The notes under the pieces are model-generated. The model ran no database searches. It was given only the letters and a program-made list of their open reading frames with translations, and was not told where the DNA came from. The translations under genes and the position numbers were made by a program. Shown one piece after another: positions 13,126 through 24,514 of a stretch of DNA of 64,000 bases (positions within the stretch are counted from its first letter, which is position 1; the number at the start of each line of letters is the position of its first letter). Origin of the DNA: Malacoraja senta (Eukaryota); the NCBI GenBank assembly GCA_038087875.1, contig CM075991.1:8372001-8436000 (forward strand), given 5' to 3'.

Positions 13126-15654
13126 ATCAACTAACACAGATCATCTTTTTTTCAGGTGAGGTAACGCGTTAGTCCCGTGCTTGGGACTGATCCAATGTTT
13201 AAATTCCTGAACTTCTGCTGGGCCACAAAATGGCCTCCTCAACAGTTTCCCCAAACGATTCATTATCTGAAGGAATGAGACTCCACAACTTCTATTGTAC
13301 TTTTTTTCTGTGCTAAAGAGGCAGACTAAGAGTCGTTAACAATTCATCGTGTTTGTTCCTGTGTGAAGTTACACCGTGTTCTTATTGTAGGTTATTGTGC
13401 TGTCAGAGGCCCTGCAAAAATTACTTCAAAATTGGCTCTCTGGGCCAAAGCTGAGAGTAATAGGGAATTCTGCACCAGTCTGGACGAGTTACAAGTCCTA
13501 ATGGTGCTCAGATTGCTCATGATCACAACTTTAATGTGTGTCAGGGGTTATGGGGAGAAAGCAGGAGAATGGGGTTGAGAGGGAATACACACACACCTCC
13601 ACATTCAGGGACAGTTTCTCCCCAGCTTCTTCTTATCGAGTCCACACACAAGATTAGAAGTTGTTCAGCCAGAGCTGAACACAGTTCTCGGCATCTGCAC
13701 ACAGTGGTGCCTGTCTTGGGCTTCTTGTGCGTGGTGGTGGAAAGATTGGTGGAAACAGGGCCGCGACGTGAATGCTCTTTCCTTGACCCCTCCCCAGCTG
13801 TTATCAGGCAACTGAACACAACTAGAGAGCGGCCCTGAACTACTATCGCCCTCATTGGTGACCCTCTGACTATCTTTGATCGGATTTTACTGCCTTTATC
13901 TCGCACTAAACGTTATTCCCTTTGTCATGTATCCGTACACTGTGGATGGCTCGAGTGTAATTGTGGATTGTTTTCAGGCTGACTGGTCAGCATGCAACAA
14001 AAGCTTTTCACTGTACCTCAATACACCTGACAATAAACTAAACTGAACTAGATCAGCCATGATTGAATGGCGGAGTAGAACTTGATGGGCAGAATGGCAT
14101 AATTCTGCTCCTGGAACTTATTAAATCAACCGAAACCTTTGTAAATGGCATGGCCTGGAAATATGATCATCAAACAAGAGTGTTCTTGTCTTCCCCCATT
14201 TTGTAAAGTATATAAACCCTTTCTAATTCCCAATCTGATCATCTACATTAAAGTTGATAAGTGGTTTCGGTTCTTACTTGGTGTGTCAGAGTGAGCTGTG
14301 GAAGGCCACTTTATTCTGCAAGGTTAATAACTGTGTATATTAAATGAGTATTTTGCGGTGAATATTTCTAGCATCAATACATTGACAGTGACCTTCATAA
14401 ATTATTTATTGGAAAATAGCTGGGCTTATTCTAATGCACGTTTAACAAGTTCATCCTAGTTTTCACAACCTTGCTTGCCCGGTCTCCAAAACATCCCGTA
14501 GATCTACATTCCTTCCAGCAATCCTTGTGCGTGTTTCACCGCCTTAGGTCCACAAATGGAAGCCAAAATGCAGTCATTTGGCAACCTTTGACTAGCCAAG
14601 TGTAAGCTGGTCATTTGGCTAGCTCAAGCTAGGATTTTATCAACACTTCCCATCCTCCCAGCCACCCCTTTTGGCATTCACTTCCAAAAAAAACTTTCCT
14701 GCAGAGTTATAGAATCATCAAGTCATCCAGTGTGGAAACAGGCCACTCGGCCCAACATGTCCCATCTACACTAGTCCCACCTGCCCGTGTTTGGCGCATA
14801 TTCCTCTAAACCTATCCTTTCCATGTACCTGTCTAACGGTTTCTGTAATATGGACGTCTCTCCTTAAAACTCACCCCCCAGACCAAGATCTTAATTATCT
14901 CTCCTAATATCTCTCCCTTTGGCTCGGCAGTAATTTCTAACCATTCTTCTGAAGGTCTGCTTCAGTTTAGTTTAGAGATACAGCATAGAAACGGGCCCTT
15001 CAGCCCATTGAGTCCAAGCTGACATTTGTTCCCTCTACAATATTCTATGTGCTACACACTAGGTGCAATTTACAGAAGCCAATTAACCTACAAACCTGCA
15101 CGTCGTTGCGATGTGGGAGGAAACCGGAGCACCCGGAGCAAACCCACACGTTCACTGGGAGAACGTGCAAACTCAGCACAGAGAGTACCCGTGGTGAGGA
15201 TCGAACAAGGGTCTCTGGCGCTGTAAGGCAGCAACTCTACCACTGCGCCACCGTGCCGCCCGTAGATATTTGGGCAAATCCCATCATCTAACTCTGTCTA
15301 ACTCATGTTGTGCAGTGTTTGACGCTATAACACAGAGGAAGCTTTCCCTCCCTTCCTTCCTTCTTCCCTCCACTCATCTATCCTTCTCAACACATCCTGG
15401 TAGAGTTGCTGCCTCACAGCGCCAGAGTCCCGGGTTCGATCCTGACCTCGGGTGCTGTCTGTACGGAGTTCGCAATTTCTCCGTGTGACCTCGTGAGTTT
15501 CCTCCGGGTGTTCCGGTTTCCTCCCACATTCCAAAGATGTGTGGACTTGTAGATTAATTAGCCTCTATAAATTGCCCCCCAGTAAGGGGTGGATACGAAA
15601 GTGGGATGACCTAGAACTAATGTGAACGGGTGATCGATGGTCAGCGTGGTCAGC

Positions 15655-16005
15655 GGGAGGGCAGGAGACAACCAGAGGGCTGATGAAGGGGAGGGGACAG
15701 CAAGGGCTAGCAGAATTGGGAGAATTCAATGTTCAAGCCCCCAGGATGTAGACTGCCCAAGCGGAATATGAGGTGCATTTCCTCCAATTTACGGTGTTGC
15801 TCGCTGTGGCCATGGAGGAGACCCAGGACAGAGAGGTCAGATACAGAATGGGAGGGGGAGTTGAAGTGCTGAGCCACCGGGAGGTCAAGTTGGTTATTGC
15901 GGACCGACCGGAGGTGTTCCGGCGAAACGATCGCCAAGCCTCCGCTTGGTCTCACCGATGTAGATCAGCTGGCATTTAGAGCAGCGGATGCAATAGATGA
16001 GGTTG
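15655..16005 (-). mobile_element. Penelope-like element fragment (GIY-YIG C-terminus)
   Basis: EHLRSVRNNQLDLPVAQHFNSPSHS...LGSLHPGGLNIEFS; near-identical to 7700-7950. Confidence 0.8.
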
Positions 16006-16081
16006 GAGGCGGAGTAGACCTGATGGGCCGAATGGCTTAATTCAGCTCCTATAACTTATGAACTAATTACCTTATCCCCTT

Positions 16082-16263
16082 GTTCAAGAAGGAACTGCAG
16101 ATGCTGGAAAATCGAAGGCAGACAAAAATGCTGGAGAAACTCAGCGGGTGAGGCAGCATCTATGGAGCGAAGGAAATAGGCAACGTTTCGGGCCGAAACG
16201 TTGCCTATTTCCTTCGCTCCATAGATGCTGCCGCACCCGCTGGGTTTCTCCAAGATTTTTGTC
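16082..16263. mobile_element. Penelope-pLTR-derived fold-back insertion with 14-bp TSD
   Basis: About 70-bp inverted arms around CGTTTCG-GGC-CGAAACG; direct repeat TACCTTATCCCCTT at 16068-16081 and 16264-16277. Confidence 0.75.
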
Positions 16264-16980
16264 TACCTTATCCCCTTTCTCCCATCCCAGCCTTCACATG
16301 CTAGGTTATGTCAGTAAAAATTTGATATAGAAATTATTTATTCATTTCAAGGAAATGGGTATTGAAAGCAAGGTTGGCTATTTTCCATCTAAAGTTGCTG
16401 ATGCAGGAAGATTGCAAGCTAGTCAGTTTATTTCAGAGACTCAACAACATAGACCTGGAACTTAATTCACATTAGACCCAGGCACAACAGCAGGTTGCCT
16501 TATCATAAGAGCATGAATGACAACAAGCTGGCAGCTTTTATTGCAGCCAGATTGTTATCAGAATTGAATTCAAACACGCAAGCTACCATATTTTACACCC
16601 TAGATTATTCATCTTAGAACCTATTCACACCATCACTACAGGGCGGCACAGAGGTACAGTTGCTGCTTTACAGCGCCAGGGACCCGGGTTCCATCCTGAC
16701 TAAAGATGCTGTCGGTGCGGAGTTTGCACGTTCTCCCTGTGACCGCGCGGGTTTTCTCCGGGTGCTCCGGTTCCTCCCAACACTCCAAGGACGTGCAGGT
16801 TTGTGGGTTAATTGGCATTGGTAAAATTGTCCGTAAAGTGTGTAGGATAGTGTTAGTGTATGGAATGATTGCCTGGTTGGCATGGACTCGTTGGGCCGAA
16901 GAGCCAGCTACCACGTTGTATCTGTAAAGTCTAACGTGAAGTCTAAACACACACAACTAACGAAGTTCATCTTTCTTTTC

Positions 16981-17583
16981 TTTTTTTGTTTTGTTTATTT
17001 TATTAGAAGTTAATACAATACAAAACAATACAATAGGTGCCAACTATGTCATAACATAATGCATTCTATGTACAACCTCTAGTTTTATGTTTTTGAAAAG
17101 GAGGTAAAAAATAAAAATAAAAAATTTAAAAAAATAGAGAAAAGAAAGAGGAAAAATAAATAGTAGAAAATAGAAAAACGTGAAGTATGTATATAAGAAA
17201 AGAAAAAATAGAAAGTAGAAATAGTAGAAAAAGACCCTTAAAAAAGAAATTTTCAAATCTTTGTTTGGAGATGTAAATCTATCCACGACCTGACCTGAAA
17301 TCAGTAATCTTTACGGTACTGCTGCATCACATGATGCCAAAAAGTCGATGAAAGGGGACTAACTCCTTAAGAATTGGTCATATTTATCTATTAGGCGGAG
17401 TCTCATTTCTTCAAGGTGTGCTATGTCCGTCATATTCCTAATCCACATTTTAATAGTTGGTATAGCTGTATTTTTCCAAAATTTAAGTATCAATTTCTTT
17501 CCAATTATTAACCCATAATTAAAGAATACTTTTTGGTCTTTGTTTAAATTGCTATCTTCTAATATTATTCCAAATATATTCCA
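16981..17583 (-). mobile_element. L1-type LINE 3' fragment with 18-bp TSD
   Basis: Degenerate ORF2 end (GLIIGKKLILKFWK...PTIKMWIRNM...LEEMR); AATAAA plus A-rich tail; TSD AAGTTCATCTTTCTTTTC at 16963-16980 and 17584-17601. Confidence 0.8.
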
Positions 17584-18334
17584 AAGTTCATCTTTCTTTT
17601 CAGGTGAGGTAACGCATCAGTAGACTGCCGCATAGCATAGTAGAAGCGTCCACGTCGCGGGGCTGGGAAACTGGAAGTATCCCGAGCTAATTCTGCTACC
17701 ACCATCATCTATCGCAACAAGTGATGGCTCCCACTGATTGTCGCCGGAAGCCTGCGTCCTTTTCAGGACGGACGATGACAGCGATGTCAACATTTGTAAC
17801 ATGGAAGGAAGATGGACGCAAGAAGAAGTAGACTGCTGATTGAAAACTCCATGCCTGGGACTGGTCCAATGATTTAAATTTGGTCCTTGGACTCTTCCGT
17901 AGTGTGAATGGTACCACTATATATATATATGGCGACTCGTGCATGTGTGAGCTGGACAAAAAGAATTTCACGGTGCAGTGCATACATGACAATAACCATT
18001 GAAATTCCAGAACTTCTACGGTGCCACAAAACGGCCTCCTCAACAGTTTCCCCGACAATTCATCATCTGAAGGAATGAGTCTCCACAACTTCCATTGTTC
18101 TCTCTTGTGCCAGAGAGACAGACTAACGGTCATTAACAATTCATCATGTTATTGCAAGGCCACTGGCATTAATAATTCCAAGAATACATTTTCTGCATCA
18201 AGATTAATAGGCAATTTATGTGCACCTACAGCAAGCTCGTGAAAATCATAGTAAGGTGAGGGCTAGGCAGTTTTTTTCTTTGCAAAGCCAGCCTTAAAAC
18301 AGTGTAAAGATGTGGCAATTTCCAACAAGTTACT

Positions 18335-18965
18335 AGTTTTGTTTAGTTTAGAGATACAGCGCGGAAACAGGCCCTTCGGCCCACCGAATCCACGCCGCGC
18401 AGCGATCCCCGCACACTAACATTATCCTACACACACTAAGGACAATTTTTTACATACACCAAGCCAATTAATCTACAAACCTGTACGTCTTTGGAGTGTG
18501 GGAGGAGACCGAAGATCTCGGAGAAAACCCATGCATGTCACGGAGAGAACGTACAAACTCCGAACGGACAGTGCCCGTAGTCGTGGTCGAACCCGGGTAT
18601 CCAGCGCTGCATTCGCTGTAAAGCAGCAACTCCGTGTCGTCCAAACTGTTTGCTGATGGAGTTATGCACCACTGTGCTAGAGGGTGCAGCGGTAGAGTTG
18701 CTGCCTTACAGAGCCAGAGACCCGGGTTCGATCCTGACTATTGGTGCTGTCTGTACTGAGTTTATACGTTCTCCCCATGACCGCGTGGGTTTTCTCCGGG
18801 TGCTTCGGTTTCCTCCCACATTCCCACAAAGACGTGCAGGTTAATTGGCTTCTGTAAATTGTCCTTAGTGTGTAGAATAGAGCGAGTGTACGGGCGATCG
18901 CTGGTCGGCACGGACTCGGTGGGCCGAAGGGCCTGTTTTCAAACTGTATCTCTAAACTAAACTAA
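18335..18965. mobile_element. Two SINE copies head-to-head (18335-18630 minus; 18682-18965 plus)
   Basis: Same family in inverted orientation, about 50 bp apart. Confidence 0.8.
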
Positions 18966-20479
18966 AAACTTGCACATTTACAATTGCCGTTCACTCTTTT
19001 TAAGGCTGCCTGAAGTGGCCTCTATCTGATAAGATGTCAAAGCCAAATTCCACAAGTTCTCCCAGGTGAACCAGCACTGGCTTCAGTACTTTGGATAAAA
19101 AGATGATACAAGCAAAATGTGTTTCTTCTGTTCTTGCCCTTGCTTGAAAGTCATTGAGAATGTTTGGCCAGGGACGATCTGGGTCAGCTATGATTTCCCC
19201 ATTCAGAAATGGTGATGCTGTAGAAAATGATTGCGGGACTGTGGGAAATGAACTGGGTTCAAACATAGCTAAAAAGCTCTTCCAAAGACCTATCATTTGG
19301 CACAATGAGCCAAGGCTTCTTTTTCATAAGTTACAGGAGCAGAATTAGGTCATTCGGCCCATCAAGTCTACTCTGCCATTCAATCATACAATACGATATT
19401 ACTTTATTGTCAGAGCAAGTCTGAAATTTGTTTTTGCATACAGCCGTACAATTAAAATAAAGAACACAACACATGATCGACTCCAACATAAAACATCCCC
19501 ACACAGCAGAATCAAAGTTTCCCACGGTGAGGGAAGGCGTCAAAGTCAGTCATCTTCCTCTGTTGTTCCTCTGATCTATCTCTCCCTCTCAACCCCATTC
19601 TTCTGCATTCGACCCATAACCTCTGACACCCGCACTAATCAAGAATCTGTCAATCTCTGCCTTGAAAATTATCAATTGACGGCTCCACAGCTTTCCGTGG
19701 CAAAGAAATCCACAGATTCACCACCCTCTGACTAAAGAAATTCCTTCTCCTCTCCATTCTAAAGGTCCATCTTTTTATTCTGAGGCTATGACCTCTGGTC
19801 CTAGGATGCAGTACCCAGCAGATGCTAATGCTATGGTCACCACATGTATTCTTAATAAAATACTTTATAAGAAGTCTAACGACTGAGTGTCCTCACACTG
19901 AGTGAGGGCTACATGTATATATGTATGTAGTTTGTTTTGTTTGTGCTATTCTTATAACAAATGTAAAGCACTTTGGCCAACGAGAGTTGTTTTTTAAATA
20001 TGCTATATAAATAAATGTGACTTGACTTGACTTCTTTACACCCTACACAATGGTGCAAAGACAAGCACATCAAACCCTTACGCTTGTATCTGTCACCGTA
20101 TTTCACCCAACATCACCAGCGCATCCCAACAAGGTTTCCAGCGGCAAAATAAACTATAGACAATTTTGTTAACAGCCAAATATTTCATACATTAGCAGCT
20201 GATAGCATTCTCACCTCAGTCACGAGCTAGTGGTCTTAAGTACCATTTCCTGGATTTGAGGACGAAAAATAACACAAGCCGATGAATCAGAAGTTATACC
20301 GTGGCCCCACCCGTTTGCACAGGTGAAACCCCCTTACAATTAAGTTGCAGGGCAAGGATGCTCCCATTCCAGAGTCCTGGCTAATTAGTTCTCTCAGCTT
20401 TGCAAAGATGGATGATCTGTACACTTTCAACTTGCTGTTAGTAGAGGTTTGTGTGCAAATTGGCTCCTTCTTTTCTCAG

Positions 20480-21100
20480 TTATGTTTAGTCTATTGTCAC
20501 ATGTACCGAGGTACAGTGAAAAGCTTTTCTTGCCTGTTATCCAGTCAGCAGAAAGACAAATGATTACAATTGAGACATTTACAGTGTACAGATACATGAC
20601 AAGGGAATAACGTTTAGCGCAAGGTAAAGCCAGCAAAGTCCAATCAAGGATAGTCCAAGGGTCCCCAAAGAGGTAGACAGTAGTTCAGGACTGCTCTCTG
20701 GTTGTGGTAGGACGATTCAATTGCCTGATAGAAAGCTGGGAAGAATCTGTCCCTGAATCTGGAGGTGTGCGTTTTTACACCTCCATACCTTTTGCCTGAC
20801 GGGAGAGGGGAGAAGAGGGAGTGGCCAGGGTGCCACACATCCTTGATTATGCTGCTGGCCTTGCCGAGACAGCGAGAGGTGTAACTGGAGTCAATGGAAG
20901 GGAAGTTGGTTTGTGTGATGGTCTGGGCGGCGAACACAAATACTTTTCCAGGGTGCATCTGTAGAAGTTAGTGAGAGTTGTAGGGGACATGCTGAAATTC
21001 CTAAGCCTTCTAAGGAAGTTGGCTTCTTGGTTGTTGCTTCAATATGGGTGGTCCAGGAGAAGCTGTTGGTGATCTTAAGTTTCTTAAGTTCCAATCGTGA
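20480..21100 (-). mobile_element. Rex1-like LINE 3' fragment
   Basis: TSRCLGKASSIIKDVWHPGHSLFSPLPSGKRYGGVKTHTSRFRDRFFPA. Confidence 0.7.
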
Positions 21101-21199
21101 CCATACAAAGGATAAAAAAAACTGGGAGCAAGGGTCGGCCATTTTGTCTCTCGTGCCGCTGTTTTTCACAAATGATCTTTCACCTCATCACTACTTTCA

Positions 21200-21426
21200 T
21201 GCCCCCCCCATCCCACCGCCCCCACCATCCCTGCCCACCGCCCATCCCCCCTCCCCCCCCACCATCCCTGCCCACCGCCTCCACCACCTGCCCATCCCAC
21301 CCCCCCCAACCGCCCACCCCTCCCCCCATCCCCGTCCACCCCACCCCCCCAACCCCCCATCTCACCACCCCCCCCCTCCCCGCCCATCCCATCCCCCCCA
21401 CCCCCATCCCATCTCCCCCCCCCCCA
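21200..21426. repeat. C-rich tract (G-runs on the minus strand)
   Basis: Many C3-C11 runs separated by short A/T spacers. Confidence 0.9.
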
Positions 21427-22721
21427 GGTATTCCCTGTAAAATGCTTTATGGCGTGCTGAAAGGGAGATATAAAAATGCAATTCTCCTGCTTTTGCATCA
21501 CATCACTGGGAAACAAGTCAGAACTCAAAGCTGTCAGCGTGGGAAAAAGTTGCATAACCTCCTTTTAAAGTCATTGACTCACATTTTACTCATGTCAACG
21601 TGGACAGCAGTAGATTAAGAAACAAAAAGAGGGGGAAATCCCTTCTTAACGATGAAAACATTTAAAAAATGCAAGTACACACCCTGGAAAAATCAACACT
21701 CAGGGAAGATTCCGGAAACAAGCGAGCATAAAGAGGATTTAAACAACCTCTACAGGAAAACATTCTCAACAATACCCTTGGTTGCCTGTCAAGATTTTCA
21801 AGCAAAGATATCAGTCATCCAGTTTATTCATCGGGGATCAAGAGTGCAAGAGTGTTTCCTAAAATTGAAAACATCTTGTCATCCTTTGTCTTTGGGATCA
21901 TACAATCTTGAGAATATACAATTAATAAGAAACATAGAAAATAGGTGTCAGAGTTCAATGATCACATTGAATGGTGGTGCTGACTCGAAGGGCTGAATGG
22001 CCTACTCCTGCACCTATTGTCTATTGTCTATAGTTCAATATGATCATTGCTGATCATCCAAAATCAATACCCCGGTCCTGCTTTCTCCCCATATCTCTTG
22101 ATTCCTCAGAGCTAAATCTCTCTCTTGAATACATCCAGTGAATTGGCCTCCACTGCCTTCTGTGGCAGAGAATTCCACAGATTCACAACTCTCTGGGTGA
22201 AACAGTTTTTCCTCATCTCAGTCCTAAATGGCCTACCCCTTATTCTTAAGAGCTTCCCTTCCGATGGTGATCGGGTTAATGTATGATGATCGTTCGACGA
22301 CACTGGCCCTGTACCCACTGGGGTTTAGAAAGATGAGGGGCGCCATTGAAACTTACTGACTAGTCAAAGGCTTGGATTGACTGGATGCGGAGAGGATGTT
22401 TCCACTAGTCTAGGACCAGAGGGCATAGCCTCAGAATAAAAAGACGTACATTTAGAAGGATGAGGAGGAAGTTCCTCAGTCAGAGGGTGCTGAATCTGCG
22501 GAATTCATTGCCAAAGACGGCTTAAAAAAAAAAATCTTTTAAGGCGGAGATTGACAGATTCTTAATTAGTACAGGTGTCAGGGGTTATGGGGAGTAGAAT
22601 GGGGTTTGGAGATAGATCAGCCATGATTGAATGGCAGAGTAGATTTGATGGGCCAAATGGCCTAATTCTACTGCTATCACTTTTGACATGACGTAACAAT
22701 CTCTAATGTAATCTCTTGTTC

Positions 22722-22755
22722 GGTCTGAAGAAGGGTCTCGACCCGAAACGTCACC
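22722..22755 (+). ncRNA. Minimal hammerhead-ribozyme-like motif in a Penelope-derived repeat (best copy)
   Basis: GGT-CTGAAGA-A-GGGTC(TC)GACCC-GAAAC-GTC-ACC: CUGANGA and GAAA cores, stem II, GUC triplet, 3-bp stem I. Confidence 0.5.
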
Positions 22756-23953
22756 CATTCCTTCTCTCCAGAGATGCTGCCTGTCCGAATGATTTACTCC
22801 ACAATTTTGTGTCTGCTGTTCTTTCCTGCACAATCTGCAGTTGTTTCCTACACAATCTCTAATTTAATCCTGGGGTATAAACTCTGCGTGGGATGTTTGA
22901 TGGAGGGTTGGTTCATTGTTGTACGCACTGTTGCTTTTCCCAGCTTTTTTATGTTTAACTCAAACTACAGAATAACACTAACTTGAGATCTTTAGATCCA
23001 AAATAGGCTTAACAGTGTAAGATGGGGACTTGGAAATAAACTGTTGTGTGGATAGAACACATCAACAAGAGAAAAATACTTTTCTCATGAACAGTGACTA
23101 TTTGTTCTTCAAATCCTTTGCTAAAATCGGACTTAAAAAGTGTTGTGATATTTTTAGAAACTGAACATTGCTGATCAAACAATTCCTCTAATGAGCTTCT
23201 TTGCTTTAGGGCCTTTTTATTAGGCTTCTCTCCACTTAGTCTATTGACAGGCAATTTGAATGTAGCCTTTCATTTGTTCGTGTTAGCCAGTCGGTAAAGA
23301 AAGTTAGCACTGAGCTATTCAGGATATAAAATTCAAGATTTGCTCATATTTTCCCTTTCAAGCCTGGAAAGGGAACATTACACGATCAGAGATCCTGTCT
23401 ATGTAAAATAATCCATCAATTGATCAAAGAAAAGGGCTGCCTTATTACCAAGTATCACTGACTGTCCCGTAATCCAGTCAATTCTGGAAAGTGCATTAGA
23501 TAAAGAACTAGACATCCACTGTCTATGGTAGTTATTCTTCATTATGTAATTGCCCTAATGGCTCTCTCCCTCAGTTTCTGTATGGTTTATCTTCATTTAT
23601 GCGACTCATTCTTTATCTAAGGTTTGGTCTGTCTTATCTCCTCCATTAATATGTACAGCCTTCTGTTTTCAATTGAATGCGTTTCGCCTCACCACTGCTC
23701 CCATGACTCAGTTTTGTACAGGTGTTACAAGACCTCCTTTCATCTCCCTTTTGAACTGCCACAACCTTTTGTTGATTCACGCTACGGTTTAGATTCATAG
23801 ACTTTCCCAGTTCCTGAGCATGGGTTGAGCAGAAATGAGCAAATCTCCAACTGATGTTTTAATCAGGGGCTGAATCATTAAATTCTGTTTATAGTCAGAG
23901 AGACACATCAAGGAAATAGACCCCAGGCCGGGACCTCCGTGTTTTTATTCCAG

Positions 23954-24009
23954 ATCTCCATGATCTGTCAGGTTTTTGTGACTTAAAATCTATGGATCCA
24001 GCCAATTAA
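23954..24009 (+). CDS. Candidate terminal coding exon of unknown gene, copy B: (x)LHDLSGFCDLKSMDPAN*
   Basis: gtttttattccag| acceptor; AATAAA at 24098-24103 and ATTAAA at 24147-24152 downstream; paralog of 3157-3212. Confidence 0.3.
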
Positions 24010-24514
24010 TTTACCATTGACGAGCTGCCAAGCATAAAGCTTCCATAGCTCAATCCTAAATTGGGAAATTACTGATTAAAACATTGGCTGGTGATGGAAT
24101 AAATTCATGCAGAAAACCATTAATGAATGTTCTTTTGAAATCCACTATTAAAAGAACCACATCTAAGTTATTTGATGTCATATTTGTATGATGCCCTCTT
24201 TCAGCAAGTTTAACATGCTCAGCACAGAGCGAAGGACTTGTTCTTGCGCTGTAGTGTTCTTTGCTCTGTAGCACAACACAATCAAGTCAAGCATTACACC
24301 CACACGTGCTCCTGGAGACACAAGCAACCAAAGATGCTGGAATCTTGCGCAAAACGCAAAGTGCTGGAGGAACTCAGCAGGTCGGGCAGCGTCTGCCGAG
24401 GGAATGGACAAGCGAACATTTTGGGTCGGGACCCTTCTTCAGACCAATGAACGGTGACTCTTTTAATTCAAATACGAACATACCGTGAAAGAAATCCGAG
24501 GAGAGCAAAGGCGA

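Noticed and set aside
14278..14315. 38-nt minus-strand segment between AG and GTAAGA
   Set aside because: Isolated, with no partner exons or homology; expected by chance.
21027..21618. Pro-rich and Gly-rich ORFs
   Set aside because: Arise from the C-rich low-complexity tract.
23009..23363. Minus-strand acceptor and 81-aa ORF (KQRSSLEELFDQ...)
   Set aside because: No in-frame ATG or frame continuity from the acceptor, weak donor, not recognised.
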